Origin: Eledone cirrhosa
Taxonomy: Eukaryota
NCBI GenBank assembly: GCA_964016885.1
Contig: OZ024746.1
Span: 53,630,001-53,694,000 of the forward strand
Length of the DNA stretch: 64,000 bases
Reading direction: 5' to 3'
The notes beneath the pieces were generated by a model. It was not told the origin of the DNA, ran no database searches, and saw only the letters and a program-made list of their open reading frames with translations. Positions 14,478 to 30,839 of the stretch are shown piece after piece (the stretch's first letter is position 1; every line of letters begins with the position of its first letter). The translations under genes and the position numbers were made by a program.

Positions 14478-14747
14478 CAGGCACGTGTTGTGTGCAATTA
14501 TATGCACGTGTAATGAATGCAGTGAATTTGTGTATATATGTACATATATATATGTGTGTGTGAGTGTTTGTGAAAATGGTATATATTTTGCTGTGCACAA
14601 TACTAGCGGTATATATATATATATATAGAAAAAAAGCGGCAGTGTTCAGACCTGGAGAGGGTTGGGCTCCGCCAGGTTTAAAAGTGCCCTAGACATGCCG
14701 TTTGACGGTGCCTCTACCACTCCACAAAGGAGTTATGGGACCTTTAG

Positions 14748-14814
<67 letters not shown>

Positions 14815-14816
14815 AT

Positions 14817-14960
14817 CCGTATGTAGTTGACAGATGAGGGAAAAGAGTACTCAATACCGGTGTAGATTTTAAGTATTCAATAGTGAGTCATATTACTCTA
14901 GAATTCCGGACGAAACTCTCGAGTAACACACGACTCACTATTTCACCTTCATAAAATGAA
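14817..14960 (-). mobile_element. Family C fold-back element in (TA)n with a hammerhead 3' half
   Basis: Imperfect inverted arms AATAGTGAGTC...TTACTCTAGA / GAAACTCTCGAGTAA...GACTCACTATT. The tail contains AGTACTCAATA (TATTGAGTACT on minus). Confidence 0.6.
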
Positions 14961-14963
14961 TAT

Positions 14964-14997
<34 letters not shown>

Positions 14998-15636
14998 TCA
15001 TTTTACATATATATACACACACATATACATATATACACACACACACACACACATGTATATACATATATACATTACACACACACACACACACACACACAAA
15101 GATAAATTCCCTGGTGTTATGCGATGCTACCGAGGTTGAAACCACGTGCTTGCGATGTGAATTTTCTAACTACACAGTTATGCTTGCACCCACACTCAGA
15201 AACGCATTGTATTTAATTATAATAGCGTTTCTACTTTTGGCACAAAGCCAGCGATTACTCCAGTGCATTACTGGTACTTTATTTTATCGACCTCGTAAGG
15301 ATGAAAGGCAAAGTTAACCTCGGCGGATTTGAACTCAGAACGCAAAGGGCCATAACTATTTAATTATAATAGCAAAAGAATTACGGGCTCGTACAATATG
15401 CGGATGGTTTATAGTGTGTGTAATAGATATATGTAATAGGCTGAGTATTCCACAGACACGTGTACCATTAATAGTGTGCGACAGAACTAGTATTAGTAAA
15501 AGGTACTTGTCTAACTTGCCACGCAATGGGGTCGAAACAAGACTTTCATTCGTCCATATATATGTATGTACCTATCTCTTTGCATGTATGCCTGAATGTA
15601 TGTCCACACACACACATATATATGTCTCTATTTTGT

Positions 15637-15672
15637 ACTCCTAAAGAAGGGCTTAAGCCCGATACGTCGAAC
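15637..15672 (+). ncRNA. Degenerate minimal Penelope-type hammerhead
   Basis: CTAAAGA-A-GGGC-TTAA-GCCC-GATA-CGTC, two substitutions from CTGAAGA..GAAA-CGTC, followed by an ~70-nt tail ending in (TA)n. Confidence 0.5.
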
Positions 15673-15980
15673 TTTCCTCTTTCCAATATAAAGCGTGAAA
15701 CTAATAAGACTTTTTGTACCTGTTTGTTGTCTCCTTGAACTATATATATATATATATATATATACGTACGTTCATATGTATGTATGTTTGTATGCATATA
15801 TGTGTGTGTGAATGCATGTATATATGTATGTGTATGTATTTTTATGTATGTATGCATGTATGTAACTATTTATCTACCTTCCTACCTACCTTCCTAAAAT
15901 ATAATTACAAAATTGAAAACAACTTGAAAAGTGGGTGCTTCACGTAGAAACTATATTTTCCATGAGAAGTACAATAATGG

Positions 15981-16350
15981 TTTCTTTATTGGCCACAAGG
16001 GCTAACACGAAGAAAAACATTAGAGACGGCACAGAACACTGTACAGTACGATACAAATAGAGATGTGTAAAGACAAATTAAAAAAGTAAAACAAAAATTC
16101 CCTATTAGTTGGGAAGCCACCGAGAGCCATAGAAAAATAGAATTTACAGTTTAAACCGTAGGATGTTTCTCAATGTATTAATGACAAGGACCCCAGCCCT
16201 ATCATGAAAAGAAAGGTGAAGCTAACGTATTGCCCGATCCAGGTATCAGACTTACGCCCTCTAACCACTAGTCCAGGCGCCTTTACAACAGTGATGACGG
16301 CACAAAGCCATTGAAATGGCGGATGTATGGCACAGTGAGGTTAAGGAGTT
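15981..16350 (-). mobile_element. Related Tx1-like 3' UTR remnant
   Basis: Minus strand ends GCCCTTGTGGCCAATAAAGAAA, preceded by a T-rich 3' UTR-like stretch. The 5' boundary is uncertain. Confidence 0.5.
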
Positions 16351-16352
16351 CA

Positions 16353-16421
<69 letters not shown>

Positions 16422-16819
16422 CATAGCTACACTCACACATATTCACACATGTATATATATATATACCACGTGGTCTCCATCTGAGTCCCATCGGTTGGTA
16501 CCTCGGACAAGAGTCTTCTATATTCTCGAGTTAAACAATGGTTAGTGAGTGACATTTTGGTGGCGAATATTGTACGGAATCCTGTGTGAGTGTGTGGGTA
16601 ATTGTGTGTATTTATGTGCGTGTGTGTGTTTACATTGACAGTTTACTCATGACATAAAGACCAACAAAATTACTATGGTGGATATGATTGACTAAATGCT
16701 TTCCAGTCGTTGCTCCAGTATGGCTTAGTGTAGATGGATAAAATAGAATACGGGACAAACGAAACACACAGAGAAACCCACATGTATATATACCTAAACT
16801 CACACACTCTAACGCACAC

Positions 16820-17015
16820 ACACAAGCACATATAATCACATTCACACAAGCACACATAATCACATACACAGAAACACACATAATCACATTCACACACACA
16901 TACATAACCACATTCACAGAAACACACATAATCACATTCACACAAACATACATAACCACATTCACACAAGCACACATAACCACATTCACACAAACACACA
17001 ACGACATTCACACAC
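16820..17015. repeat. 24-bp minisatellite
   Basis: CACACATAATCACATTCACACAAG-like unit, about 8 copies. Confidence 0.8.
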
Positions 17016-17148
17016 GCATATATTATATTCCTTGTTTCACTTTCAGTAGCTCAGTTATTCCATATATTTGGCCTAAATAAATAGAGTGGACTCTACAGGG
17101 ATCAAGTAGTGGTTGTTGTTAAACCGTGTTGTTAAACTGTGTCATATG

Positions 17149-17441
17149 CACAGCCGGATTTAATGGGCGGCAAACGCCCCGGTTCCTCTGTAGTGGGGAC
17201 CCACCAGCGATGGCCGCAGCTATTTATTTGTGCCCTCTGCTGGGCTTTATAGTTTTAGGATGGTTAGAATGTTTGAATTTAACACCTGTATGTAGAACTT
17301 GTCAATTGCAATTACTTGCGCCAAGCTAACTTTGATATGTAAAATTTCGAGCTGTGTATTCTACATTTTTTTGCGTGTGTATGAGGTACTCCTACAAAAT
17401 CTGAAGTGCCCCGGACCCCCTAAGGACTAAATCCAACCCTG
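17149..17441. mobile_element. hAT-type MITE
   Basis: Exact 8-bp target-site duplication GTCATATG (17141-48 and 17442-49) and imperfect TIRs CACAGCCGGATTTA / TAAATCCAACCCTG. Confidence 0.8.
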
Positions 17442-17572
17442 GTCATATGAGGTCTACCACCTAAAGAGGCCACAATCGGATTTTTACTCAGAACTCAGAA
17501 TACAAAAGATGCAAGTAAATAACGTCTCCATCTTGTTGATCGTCCTGAACTGAGAGACATGGATGTTTCTCT

Positions 17573-17614
<42 letters not shown>

Positions 17615-17789
17615 ATACATATATATATATGTGTCTGTGTGTATATATAAAACAAATCATACACAAAACGCCAGCATCAACAGTTTTGCAAGAGATGTCA
17701 ACATGAATGAACCTATTATTTTTATCTAAAGACATTTTTTTCCAACTCCATCCCGCCCGCCCCCTCAATCTATTTTATTTCTCATTCTT

Positions 17790-17830
17790 ACTTCTGATGA
17801 AAGACTAGCGTCCGAAACGGTATGGACCCA
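17790..17830 (+). ncRNA. Degenerate minimal hammerhead
   Basis: CTGATGA(17794-800)-AAGAC-TAGC-GTCC-GAAA(17814-17)-CGGTA. Stem I is not convincing. The tail ends in (TACA)n/(TA)n. Confidence 0.4.
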
Positions 17831-17908
17831 CTTCCTGCTATATCAAGCGTTAATCTAATATATCCTTTCCATATACTGTACCGATTGTGTTGTTATTTCT
17901 GTTTACCT

Positions 17909-19075
<1,167 letters not shown>

Positions 19076-19081
19076 TGTAGA

Positions 19082-19196
19082 AAACCCGCCAGACAGTCCT
19101 ATGCGAGCAAGACAACCACTCTTGCCTCAAGTGGGAAAACTCCCGTCCAAACCCATGCAAGCATGGAACACGGACGTTAAACGATGATGATGATGA
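19082..19196 (+). mobile_element. Retroposon 3' tail (CCCATGCxAGCATGGAAxACGGACGTTAAAC-(GAT)n); reverse-orientation copies at 8975-9020 and 13033-13088
   Basis: Three dispersed copies of the same terminus, each ending in (GAT)n. Confidence 0.6.
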
Positions 19197-19380
19197 TATA
19201 TATATATAGATATGTATATATATATATATATGTATGTATATATGTATGTATATATATATATATGCATGTATATATATATATATGTATGTATATATGCATG
19301 TATATATATATATGCATGTATATATATATATATATGTATGTATATATATATATGTATATATATATGTATGTATATATATA

Positions 19381-19418
<38 letters not shown>

Positions 19419-19430
19419 AGAGAGTGAGAA

Positions 19431-19465
<35 letters not shown>

Positions 19466-20344
19466 TGTGAATGCTTGTTGCATGTGTGTGTATAAGATCT
19501 GAGTTTATATCCGACCGAAGTCAACTTTGCATTTCCCAATTTCGGGGGCGATAAAATAATGTGCCAGTCCAGGTGGTGGTAGTGGTGGTGGTGGCTGTAG
19601 TGATAGTGGTGGCTATGGTGGTAGTGGTAGCGGTGGCTATGGTGGTGGTAGTAGCGGTGGCTATGGTGGTAGTGGTAGTAATGGCTGTGGTGGTTGTGGT
19701 AGTAACGGTGGCTATGGTGGTAGTGATAGTGGTGGCTATGGTGGTAGTTGTACTGGTTGTGGTGGTAGTGCTAGCGGTGGCTATGGTGGTAGTTGTAGTG
19801 GTGGTGGATTGATGGGACTGTTAGAACGTCGGATGAGGTTTTAAAGGGTATTCGTTCCTACGTTTTTTAGAACCGAGATCAAATCCAGTTGTGGTCAACT
19901 TTGTTGTCCAGTGTAACGCCATCACCTGACCCTTGGGTATTTTTAGTGAAGTCCACTCTATCGTTAACATTTAATTTACGTCTCCAGTTTAGATACATTC
20001 CAGCCTACGTCCCAGCGGTCACAGAACCCTTGAAAAGGGTCATAAGCACAGAACAGTAAAATTACACACACACACCATACATAAAGTTCTATAAGTGTAT
20101 AAATAGTGAGTGAATGTGTGAATGAGTGTGTGTGTTTGTGTGTGTGTGTTCCCTCCCTCTCTCCCATCACTCTCAGAGGACTTGAATATGATCATTGGTT
20201 CTAGCCCCCCCCCCCCCCCGAATAAACAGTAAAAAAAAAAGATGTATGCATGTAAATATATAAGTATGTATGATGCTGATAATAAGGAATTCTAATGATG
20301 ACGACGATGACAATAAGGATAATACAAATAATAGTTCCTACTTG

Positions 20345-21725
20345 AGGTATAAGGCCAGCAATTTGAAGGGTGAGGGGAGTCGGTTAAATCAACCTCAGTG
20401 CATTACTGGTACTTTATTTTATCGACCTCAAAAGGATGGCAAGCGGAAATTGAACGCAGAACGTAAAGAGCCCCAACAAATACTGCCACACGTTTGTCCG
20501 ACGCTCTTACGCCTCTCCCAACATATCAATGATGATGATGATGATAATTGTTTCTACTTTTGGCACAAGGCCAGAAATTATCCCAGTGTATTACTGGTAC
20601 TTTATTTTATCGACCCCCGTAAGGATGAAAGGCAAAGTTAACCTCGGCGGGATAATAATGGTTTCTTATATAGGCACAAGGCCAGCAATTTTGGGGGGAG
20701 GGGAAAAGTTGATTAAGTCTAACCAGTGCTTGACTGGTACTTTATTTTATCGACCCCCTAAGGATGAAAGGCAAAGTTAACCTCGGCGGGATTTGAACTC
20801 AGAACGTAAAGGGCCATAACTCTATTATGCTGCAAAGCATGGCGTCCGACGCTCTACCGATACTGCCAATCCACCATTTCTATTTTAGGCACCATGCTAG
20901 CATTTTTTTTTTTTTGTTTTTTTTTTTTGTGGGGTAAAGGTGAAGTCGATAATACTGATCCCAGTACTTGTTATACATTATCGATCCCAGTACTTATTAT
21001 ACATTATCGATCCGAAAGGATGAAAAGGAATAACGATATCTCTGGGATTTGAACTCAGAACGCCAAAAAAATAACAACATACAAACAAATAATAAAAAAA
21101 ATGGAACAAATACTGTAAAACATTTGTCCGACCCTCTAACGTCTCAGGTAATCCAATGCTCTGATAATGAAAATGAAGTTGGTGGTGATGATGGTGAAGA
21201 TGATGGTGAAGATGATAATGATGATGATAATGACGATGTTTTAGGAGAAGAGGAAAGATGTTTATACTGACCCGAGTACATGAATGCTACTTTATAGGGC
21301 GAAAAATTTGCCCGGCGTTCTAACTCCTCAGACAATCATATGCCCCTGAAAATGATAATTGTTTCTACTTTTGGCACAAGGCCAGTAATTATCCCAGTAC
21401 ATTACTGGTACTTTATTTTATCGACCCGACCCCTTAAAGATGAAAGGCAAAGTTAACCTCGGCGGGATTTGAACTCAGAAAGTAAAAGGCCGTAACTCTA
21501 TGCTGCAAAGCATAGGAGGATGAGGAGGAAGATGATGATGATGATGTTTTAGGGGAAGAGGAAAGTCGTTTACATTGACCCGAGTACGTCAAATGTACTT
21601 TATTTTATCGACCAGGCCAAATAAACAGCAATGGTAAAGGAAATCTCGGCTGGATTTGAAATCAGAATGTAAAAAAGCCAAATCGTACAAAGCAATTCGT
21701 CCGATGCTCTAACGATTCTGCCAAT
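20345..21725 (-). mobile_element. Cluster of at least six same-orientation SINE copies or fragments
   Basis: Repeated CTGGTACTTTATTTTATCGACCCC..AAGGATGAAAGGCAAAGTTAACCTCGGCGGGATTTGAACTCAGAA blocks. Confidence 0.85.
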
Positions 21726-21944
21726 CAAACCAGGACGAAAACTAGTGGGATAGGAAAAGGTTAAGATTCGAAATTAGATCCGAGTGGTAGGTAAGCAACA
21801 CTAACAAGCCACTGCACCACCAGCACCAACCACCAAAACCGCCACCAACACCATCACTATCACCACCACGAATCTAACCTCATCTACTCCCGGGTCACGA
21901 ATAGTCGTCCCCCACCGCTTATTAATTTTTCAGATTTTTTCCAA

Positions 21945-22240
21945 GCCCCACCCCCGCTCATATTCCAACCACTCACCCCCGCTCTTAAACCAACCCCTCA
22001 CCCTCGCTCTTAAATCAACCCCTCACCCCCGCTCTTAACCCAAACCCCACCGCGCTCATATTGCAACGCCCACCCCGCTCATAACCCCACCCGCTCTTAA
22101 TCCAACCCCCACCCCGCTCTTAATCCAACTCTCACTTCTGCTCTTAACCCAACGCTCACCTCGCTCTTAACCAAAACCCCACCCGCTCTTAACTCAAACC
22201 CCACCTCTGCTCTTATTCCAACGCCCACCCTCACCCGTTT
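21945..22240. repeat. C-rich ~23-25-bp minisatellite, possibly subterminal repeats of a DNA transposon
   Basis: About 12 copies of CCCCGCTCTTAAxCCAACCCC, bracketed by CCGxTTATTAAxTTTT. Confidence 0.75.
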
Positions 22241-23725
22241 ATTAAATTTTGCTAATCTACCTCAGGTAAAATTTTATTTTAAGTGGTCGCATTCCTGCGA
22301 CTGTTTTCTTTATACATTAAAAAAAAAATTATACATGACAGTAAGGTACATTACTTGAAATCCTTCACATAAATTATAAAGTAAATAGGATGGGATCTCA
22401 ATATCTAAACTAACGACTAATTGACAACCGAGAAAATTACCACCCATTCCCCCCCCCCCCTATTATTTGGGACCCGAGAGTACACATTGACTTACATGTG
22501 TCTAACTGTGTATGTGTGTGTGTATACATACATACATACATACATACACACATATATGTATGTATTATATTTACATGTATGTGCATATATATATAAATAT
22601 ATATATATATGTATACACACATACATATATATATGTATATATACACAGATATATAATATGTATATATATATATATATATACAGCATGGCCACGGAACAAG
22701 GGCATACACACACGCGCGCACACACACACATACATGCGCGCTCTTACACGCTCATACGCATACAAGTCTATGTGTGTATATGCATAATGTAGTTAAACAT
22801 GAGAGTTAAACTAAGGAGAAACATCTCATATCTGCGTGTGTGTGTATGTGTGTATGTGTGTACGTGCGTGTGTATGTGAACACTCGACACTGGCTTTTAT
22901 TTTGCAATCACAGGTGTGCAGTAACTACAATTGCGTGAGTGCTGTCCCATCAGAGAATAGAAAAATTATACAACACACACACACACACACACACAAGCAC
23001 GCACACACACCTGTACACGTATACAAATGATTGAGATCCGTCGTTTTCGGCAATGAGTGTTTCAGTTCTCTGATCAACGAACATGCTGCGCGCGCGCGCA
23101 CACACACACGCACGCACACACATACATACATATACATACAACTCATACATTAGCATGAGTGTAAAATGTATGCACATCACATAAATACTCCCACACCCAT
23201 ACATACACACGCGCACACACATATACAGGTATATACTTAAGAGTATTACATACACACATACACACACAAACATGTGTATATTCATACATACATACATGCA
23301 CAAACATATATGTGTATATTCATACATACATACATGCACAAACATATATGTGTATATTCATACATACATACACCCACAAACATATGTGTGTATATTCATA
23401 CATACATACATATATAAACACACAAACATATATATGTGTATATACATACATACATATATACACACACAAACATATATGTGTATATACATACATACATATA
23501 TACACACACAAACATATATGTGTATATACATACATAGATATATATACACACACATATATGTGTATATTCATACATACATACATGCACAAACATATGTGTA
23601 TATTCATACATACATACACAAACATATATGTGTATATTCATACATACATACACACATGCACAAACATATGTGTATATTCATACATACATACATACACACA
23701 CACAAACATGTGTGTATATTCATAC

Positions 23726-23770
<45 letters not shown>

Positions 23771-24054
23771 GGAAACGTGTCAGGACCCCGACGGCTGAGC
23801 TCCGGCCGGTTCGACAGCTAGATCCGAACCACACACACACACACACATACACACATACACACCCACATACATATAGATGTAGTATTAATTTGGAAGAAAT
23901 ATCGAAGGGTCAGAGCATTCTGTCCATAGGATGAGTTAAGAATAATTAGTGACACATATATGGACTTCATTTTCCTTATATAACAAGCAAAGGGAGTTGA
24001 GGTGTATAACCCAACGAAACTTAAGTATATATATATATGTCACCGTTGTAAGTA

Positions 24055-24085
<31 letters not shown>

Positions 24086-24755
24086 CGGCCAAAACGTTAA
24101 GACACTGGTAACATGTATCCCAGTACAACCTGTCTCATGGTCGGGTGGTTGGCGACTAAACTGGCAACCCCACCAAGGTTTCTTGGTGAGGAGGGTGACT
24201 TTCGACATCCTGCAGGACTAAAAACAAAACCTGTCAAAGGGCAAAGGAGCTCTTAAGAGTCAATGGCCATCCCAAATCACCGGGAGAGATGACCCCTTAG
24301 ACTTTGTCAAGGCAGAATTCTAGGAGAAGGAAAACTCTGATATAACACCTGCAACCCTGATGGTATCCAATGATGTTGACTTGTTCTTCTTTTTGGTAAA
24401 TATCATCTTGGTTAAGAGAGTGGGACTGGCTTTGTGCAGTGCCTTTGCTCACTATAAAAGCTTCACAGCACAGGCATTGCTTTATACCTGGAGATCTCTC
24501 TGCACTTGTCATCACATGGTACCATGGGCCCAGCACTGTGTGACAATAATTGTCACAAGTGTAGTGTTTGTTCCTGAGTTTTCAAGTTGCTGGCTGGACT
24601 AAAAAGTCACACACATTCAGCCCATCGGTAGGGGTTCTCCTACATGGATATAAAGTAGTGGCCGTACTCGAAAACGAGTTGGCAGCCACCATATATACAT
24701 ATATATCTCTATAAATACATTCATGTATATATATATAATATTGTATATAATCACG

Positions 24756-24786
<31 letters not shown>

Positions 24787-24800
24787 ATGTATATATATAT

Positions 24801-24851
<51 letters not shown>

Positions 24852-25321
24852 CATACGTGATTATATACAATACTTATATAACTAACGATAGAAATATTTT
24901 CACAATCCACTGCAGCCCATCGCCGCCACCTACGCCGCCGCCAGCTCTTACCACCTACACCGCCGCCGTACCGTACCGTTAGTTTATCAACCCCCTCCCT
25001 CCCTCCTTCGTTTCTCTTCCCAGTCCCAGTCGCCACCCTACAAAACTACCTTTGCCGCCGACCCCAACACCACCACCACCACCGCCAGCAGCAGCAAAAG
25101 CAACAGTAGTAGTAGTGTTAACAGCAGCAGTACCACTACCACTACTACTACTACTGCTACTACTACTACTACTACTACTACTACTGCTATCACTACTATT
25201 ACTACAAGGAACAGTAATAACAGCAGCAGCTGTAGCAGCTGATATGATATATAGTATAACAGGAATAATAAACACATGCTAATTCAAGTGAATGAAGATT
25301 TCACAATCAGTGCAAGACTTG

Positions 25322-25432
<111 letters not shown>

Positions 25433-25486
25433 TATACATGTATATATATATACATGTATATACATGTATACTTATATATATATAAT

Positions 25487-25523
<37 letters not shown>

Positions 25524-25865
25524 TTCATGTATATACATATATACTTATATATAAATATATACATACATATATAAATATATACATACATATAAACACATGT
25601 ATACTTACATACACATATATATGTATATATATATATGTAAGTATATGTATATCTACACACACACGCACACACATATATATCATTGCATCCCGCCTATATT
25701 TCTCATCCTCAAATTCACACACGCAAAAATATATGCATATACACTATATTTGCAGTCAAACCTATATATATACACACACGCATATATACACCCACATTAT
25801 ATAAACAAATATATATATATACAATTCGTGTCCCCCAACATCTATCTCATACGCACATATACACA

Positions 25866-25941
<76 letters not shown>

Positions 25942-26222
25942 GCAATGCTTTTGTCTCAAATCTCATTCACACTCACACGTGTATCCACACACGTATTATA
26001 CTTCTAAAGAAACTTTCTATCTCACAACATTCTTATATATATACACACTATCTTTTAATTCTAACCATTTCCCACAGACACATACATGTCGATGCAAGCA
26101 CACTAATACACACACACACATATACGACATATATATATATACTATATACATAGATATAGATATATACTACATACATACATACATATATATATACATATAT
26201 ATATATACATATATATATATAC

Positions 26223-26262
<40 letters not shown>

Positions 26263-26360
26263 TACATATATATACTACATACATATATATATATACATAT
26301 ATATACATATATATATATAGATATATATACACACATATATATATACATATACATACATAC

Positions 26361-26421
<61 letters not shown>

Positions 26422-26530
26422 CATACATACATACATATATATACATAGATATATATATACATACATACATACATATACATATATATATATATATATATAT
26501 ACATACATATATATACATATATATATATAT

Positions 26531-26561
<31 letters not shown>

Positions 26562-26772
26562 CATATATACATACATATATATATATATATATATACATAC
26601 ATATATATACAGATATATATATATATATACATACATATATATATACATATATATATCTATATATATACATACAAACATATATGTACATAGATATATATAT
26701 ATATACATACATAAATATATATACATATATATATACATACATACATACATACATATATACATATATATATAC

Positions 26773-26881
<109 letters not shown>

Positions 26882-27283
26882 CATATATATATACACATGT
26901 ACATACATACATGTACATACAAACGTACACACACACACACATATATATATATATTTTTAGATACACACACATATATATATATTTATATACACACACACAC
27001 ACATATATATATATATATTTATACACACACACACTCATATATATATATTTATATGCACACACATATATATATATATATTTATATACGCACACACATGTAT
27101 ATATATATATTTATATACGCGCACACACCTGTATATATATATTTATATACACACATATATACACACACATATATATATATATATTTATACACACTCACAC
27201 ACACACACACACATATATATATTTATACACTCACACACACATATTTATACACACTCACACATATATATATATATTTATACACT

Positions 27284-27348
<65 letters not shown>

Positions 27349-27597
27349 CGTATGTATTTACAGACACACGACAACACGCTAGTTCCTTGCACGCGAGCAT
27401 GGATATCCTAATACAATACAATATATATTATATACTCTGTATCTATCTAACTAGCTTTCAACCTCTCTCTCTATATACCTCTTTCTTTCTCCCTCCCTCA
27501 TTCTCTCTCTCTACTTAACTATCTATCTGTCTATCTGTGCGTCTGTCTATATATGTATCTATCTATCGATCTTTGTCTCCGTTTCTCTATCTATCTA

Positions 27598-27662
27598 AAA
27601 TCCCCGGCATGTGTCTTTGTATTGTCCTCTTTTCTTGTGCGCCCTTGTGGCAAATAAAGAAA
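27598..27662 (+). mobile_element. Tx1-family 3' end remnant inside a (TATC)n tract
   Basis: GCCCTTGTGGCAAATAAAGAAA followed by TCTATC repeats, the same terminus as at 52025 and 59301. Confidence 0.75.
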
Positions 27663-27673
27663 TCTATCTGTCC

Positions 27674-27731
<58 letters not shown>

Positions 27732-28247
27732 ATGTCTATCTATCTATCTATATGTCTGTCTGTCCATCTATCTATCTGTCCATCTGTCTGTCTGTCTGTC
27801 CATCTATCTATCTGTCCATCTATCTATCTGTCTGTCTGTCCATCTATCTATCCGTCCATCTGTCTGTCTGTCCATCTATCTATCTGTCCATCTGTCTGTC
27901 TGTCTGTCCATCTATTTATCTGTATGTCTGTCCATCTATGTGTGTGTAAGTGTATTATTTGTATATCGACTAAATGGCTGAAGTATTGGTTAGAAAACGT
28001 GCCAAAAACGAACGGTAGATAGAGAGAATTATACGGAGATAGAGGACAGAGAGAGGGGGAGAGAGAGAAAATGATTGATATATATAGAGAGAGAGAGGGA
28101 GGGGAGAGAGAGTATTATATATATATATATATATATATGAGATAGAGAGAGAACAATATACTAATACACAGGGAGGGAGCGAGGTTGAGTGAAGGAGATT
28201 TGTGAGAAAGAGAATAACATTGGGAGAGATATATAGAGAAACAGACT

Positions 28248-28249
<2 letters not shown>

Positions 28250-28338
<89 letters not shown>

Positions 28339-30680
28339 TGTGTGTGTGTTAGACAGAGTTATAGAAAAAAGGTGTTTGATATAGAGAAGAAGAGTGACAG
28401 AGATAGCTGAGAGAGAGAGATAGGTAAGAGAGAGAAGAGGGACAGATAGGTGAATAGAGAGATAGATAGATAGATAGATGAGATAGATAGGTGAGAGTGA
28501 GATAGATAGATAGATAGATAGATAGGTGAGATAGATAGATAGGTGAGAGTGAGATAGATAGATAGATGAGAGTGAGATAGATAGATAGGTGAGAGTGAGA
28601 TAGATAGATAGGTGAGAGTGAGATAGATAGATAGGTGAGAGTGAGATAGATAGATATGTGATAGTGAGATAGATAGATAGGTGAGAGTGAGATAGATAGA
28701 TATGTGATAGTGAGATAGATAGATAGGTGAGATAGATAGATAGGTGAGAGTGAGATAGATAGATAGATAGGTGAGAGTGAGATAGATAGATAGATAGGTG
28801 AGATAGATAGATAGGTGAGAGTGAGATAGATAGATAGATAGATAGGTGAGAGAGAGGTGAGAGAGAGAGATATATAGATAGATAGTCATATAAAGAAATT
28901 TGAGAGAGATAGACGAAGAGAGTGATTTACAGAAGAAGTGACTGACATAGGTAAGAAATAGAGAGATAGACAGAGATAAGTGAGAGAGAGTGACAGAGAT
29001 AGGTGAGAGAGAGTGAGGGAGTGAGAAGAGTGACAGAGATAGGTGAGAGAAAGAGAGAGTGAGAAGAGTGACAGAGATAGGTGAGAGTGAGAGAGTGAGT
29101 GAGAAGAGTGACAGAGATAGGTGAGAGAGAGAGAGAGTGAGAAGAGTGACAGAGATAGGTGAGAGAGAGAGAGAGTGAGAAGAGTGACAGAGATAGGTGA
29201 GAGAGAGAGAGAGAGTGAGAAGAGTGACAGAGATAGGTGAGAGAGAGAGAGAGTGAGAAGAGTGACAGAGATAGGTGAGAGAGAGAGTGAGAAGAGTGAC
29301 AGAGATAGGTGAGAGAGAGAGAGAGAGAGTGAGAAGAGTGACAGAGATAGGTGAGAGAGAGAGAGTAGCCGTCCAATTCCATCCAATATTTAATAACGAA
29401 CAAGATGAATAACTCAATCTTGCATCTACCTTCTCACACATACACTCTCTCCCTCACACACACACATATACACTCACACTCACACCTTCTCTCTCATACA
29501 CACACTCTCGCTCTCTCTCTCACACACACACACATATATACACTCACACACACTCGCTCTCACACACACACATATATACACTCACATACTCCTTCTCTCT
29601 CACACACACACTCTCGCTCTCTCTCTCACACACACACATATACACTCACACTCACACCTTCTCTCTCATACACACACTCTCGCTCTCTCTCTCACACACA
29701 CACACATATATACACTCACACACACTCGCTCTCACACACACACATATATACACTCACATACTCCTTCTCTCTCACACACACACTCTCGCTCTCTCTCTCA
29801 CACACACACACATATATATACACTCACACACTCCGTCTCTCTCATACACACACTCTCGCTCTCTCACACACACATATATACACTCACACACTCCTTCTCT
29901 CTCACACACACACTCTCGCTCTCTCTCTCACACACACACTCACATATATACACTCACACTCCTTCTCTCTCACACACACTCTCGCTCTCGCTCTCACACA
30001 CACACATATATACACTCACACACTCCGTCTCTCTCATACACACACTCTCGCTCTCTCTCACACACACAAATATACACTCACACACTCCGTCTCTCTCATA
30101 CACACACTCTCGCTCTCTCTCATACACACACTCTCGCTCTCTCTCTCATACACACACTCTCGCTCTCTCTCTCATACACACACTATTGCTCTCTCTCTCT
30201 CACACACACATATACACTCACACACTCCTTCTCTCTCACACACACTCTCGCTCTCTCTCACACACACACACATATATATACACTCACACACTTCGTCTCT
30301 CTCATACACACACTCTCGCTCTCTCTCTCACACACACATATATACACTCACACACTCCGTCTCTCTCATACACACACTCTCGCTCTCTCTCTCACACACA
30401 CATATATACACTCACACACTCCGTCTTTCTCATACACACATACACTCCATCCAACACATTCATTTGTTCTCTCTCCATCTCTCTCTCTCACATACATACT
30501 CACTCTCTCTCCCTGTCTCTCTCTCACACACACACCCTCTAACATACATTTGTTCTCTCTTTCACTCACTCACACACATACATAATATTCCCTCCAACAC
30601 ATACATTTGTTCTCTCTTTCTCTCTCACACACACACACTCTCTCTCTCTTGACTCTCACTCTCTCTCTCTCTCTCTAGTG
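28250..30680. repeat. Compound (GA)n/(GATA)n then (CA/CT)n higher-order simple repeats
   Basis: GAGAAGAGTGACAGAGATAGGTGA(GA)n units at 28980-29365 and ACACTCTCGCTCTCTCTCACAC units at 29430-30440. Confidence 0.9.
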
Positions 30681-30767
30681 TACGTATTTCTCCTGTCTAT
30701 CCGTCTCTGTCCTCTGTCGGATCAACAGTCATATTTGAAGCCAAGTTTCTTTTTATCATATATATAG

Positions 30768-30839
<72 letters not shown>

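Noticed and set aside
14832-14925. CAGATGA...GAAA read as a complete plus-strand hammerhead
   Set aside because: CAGATGA lies in the inverted tail. The locus is better explained as a family C fold-back element lacking the 5' core.
24085-24650. Unique-looking insert between TA tracts, possibly a LINE 5' UTR
   Set aside because: No diagnostic protein motif or terminal structure that I can verify.
28359-30652. 360-aa and 415-aa LS/HT-rich ORFs
   Set aside because: These are translations of GA/CT/CA compound repeats.
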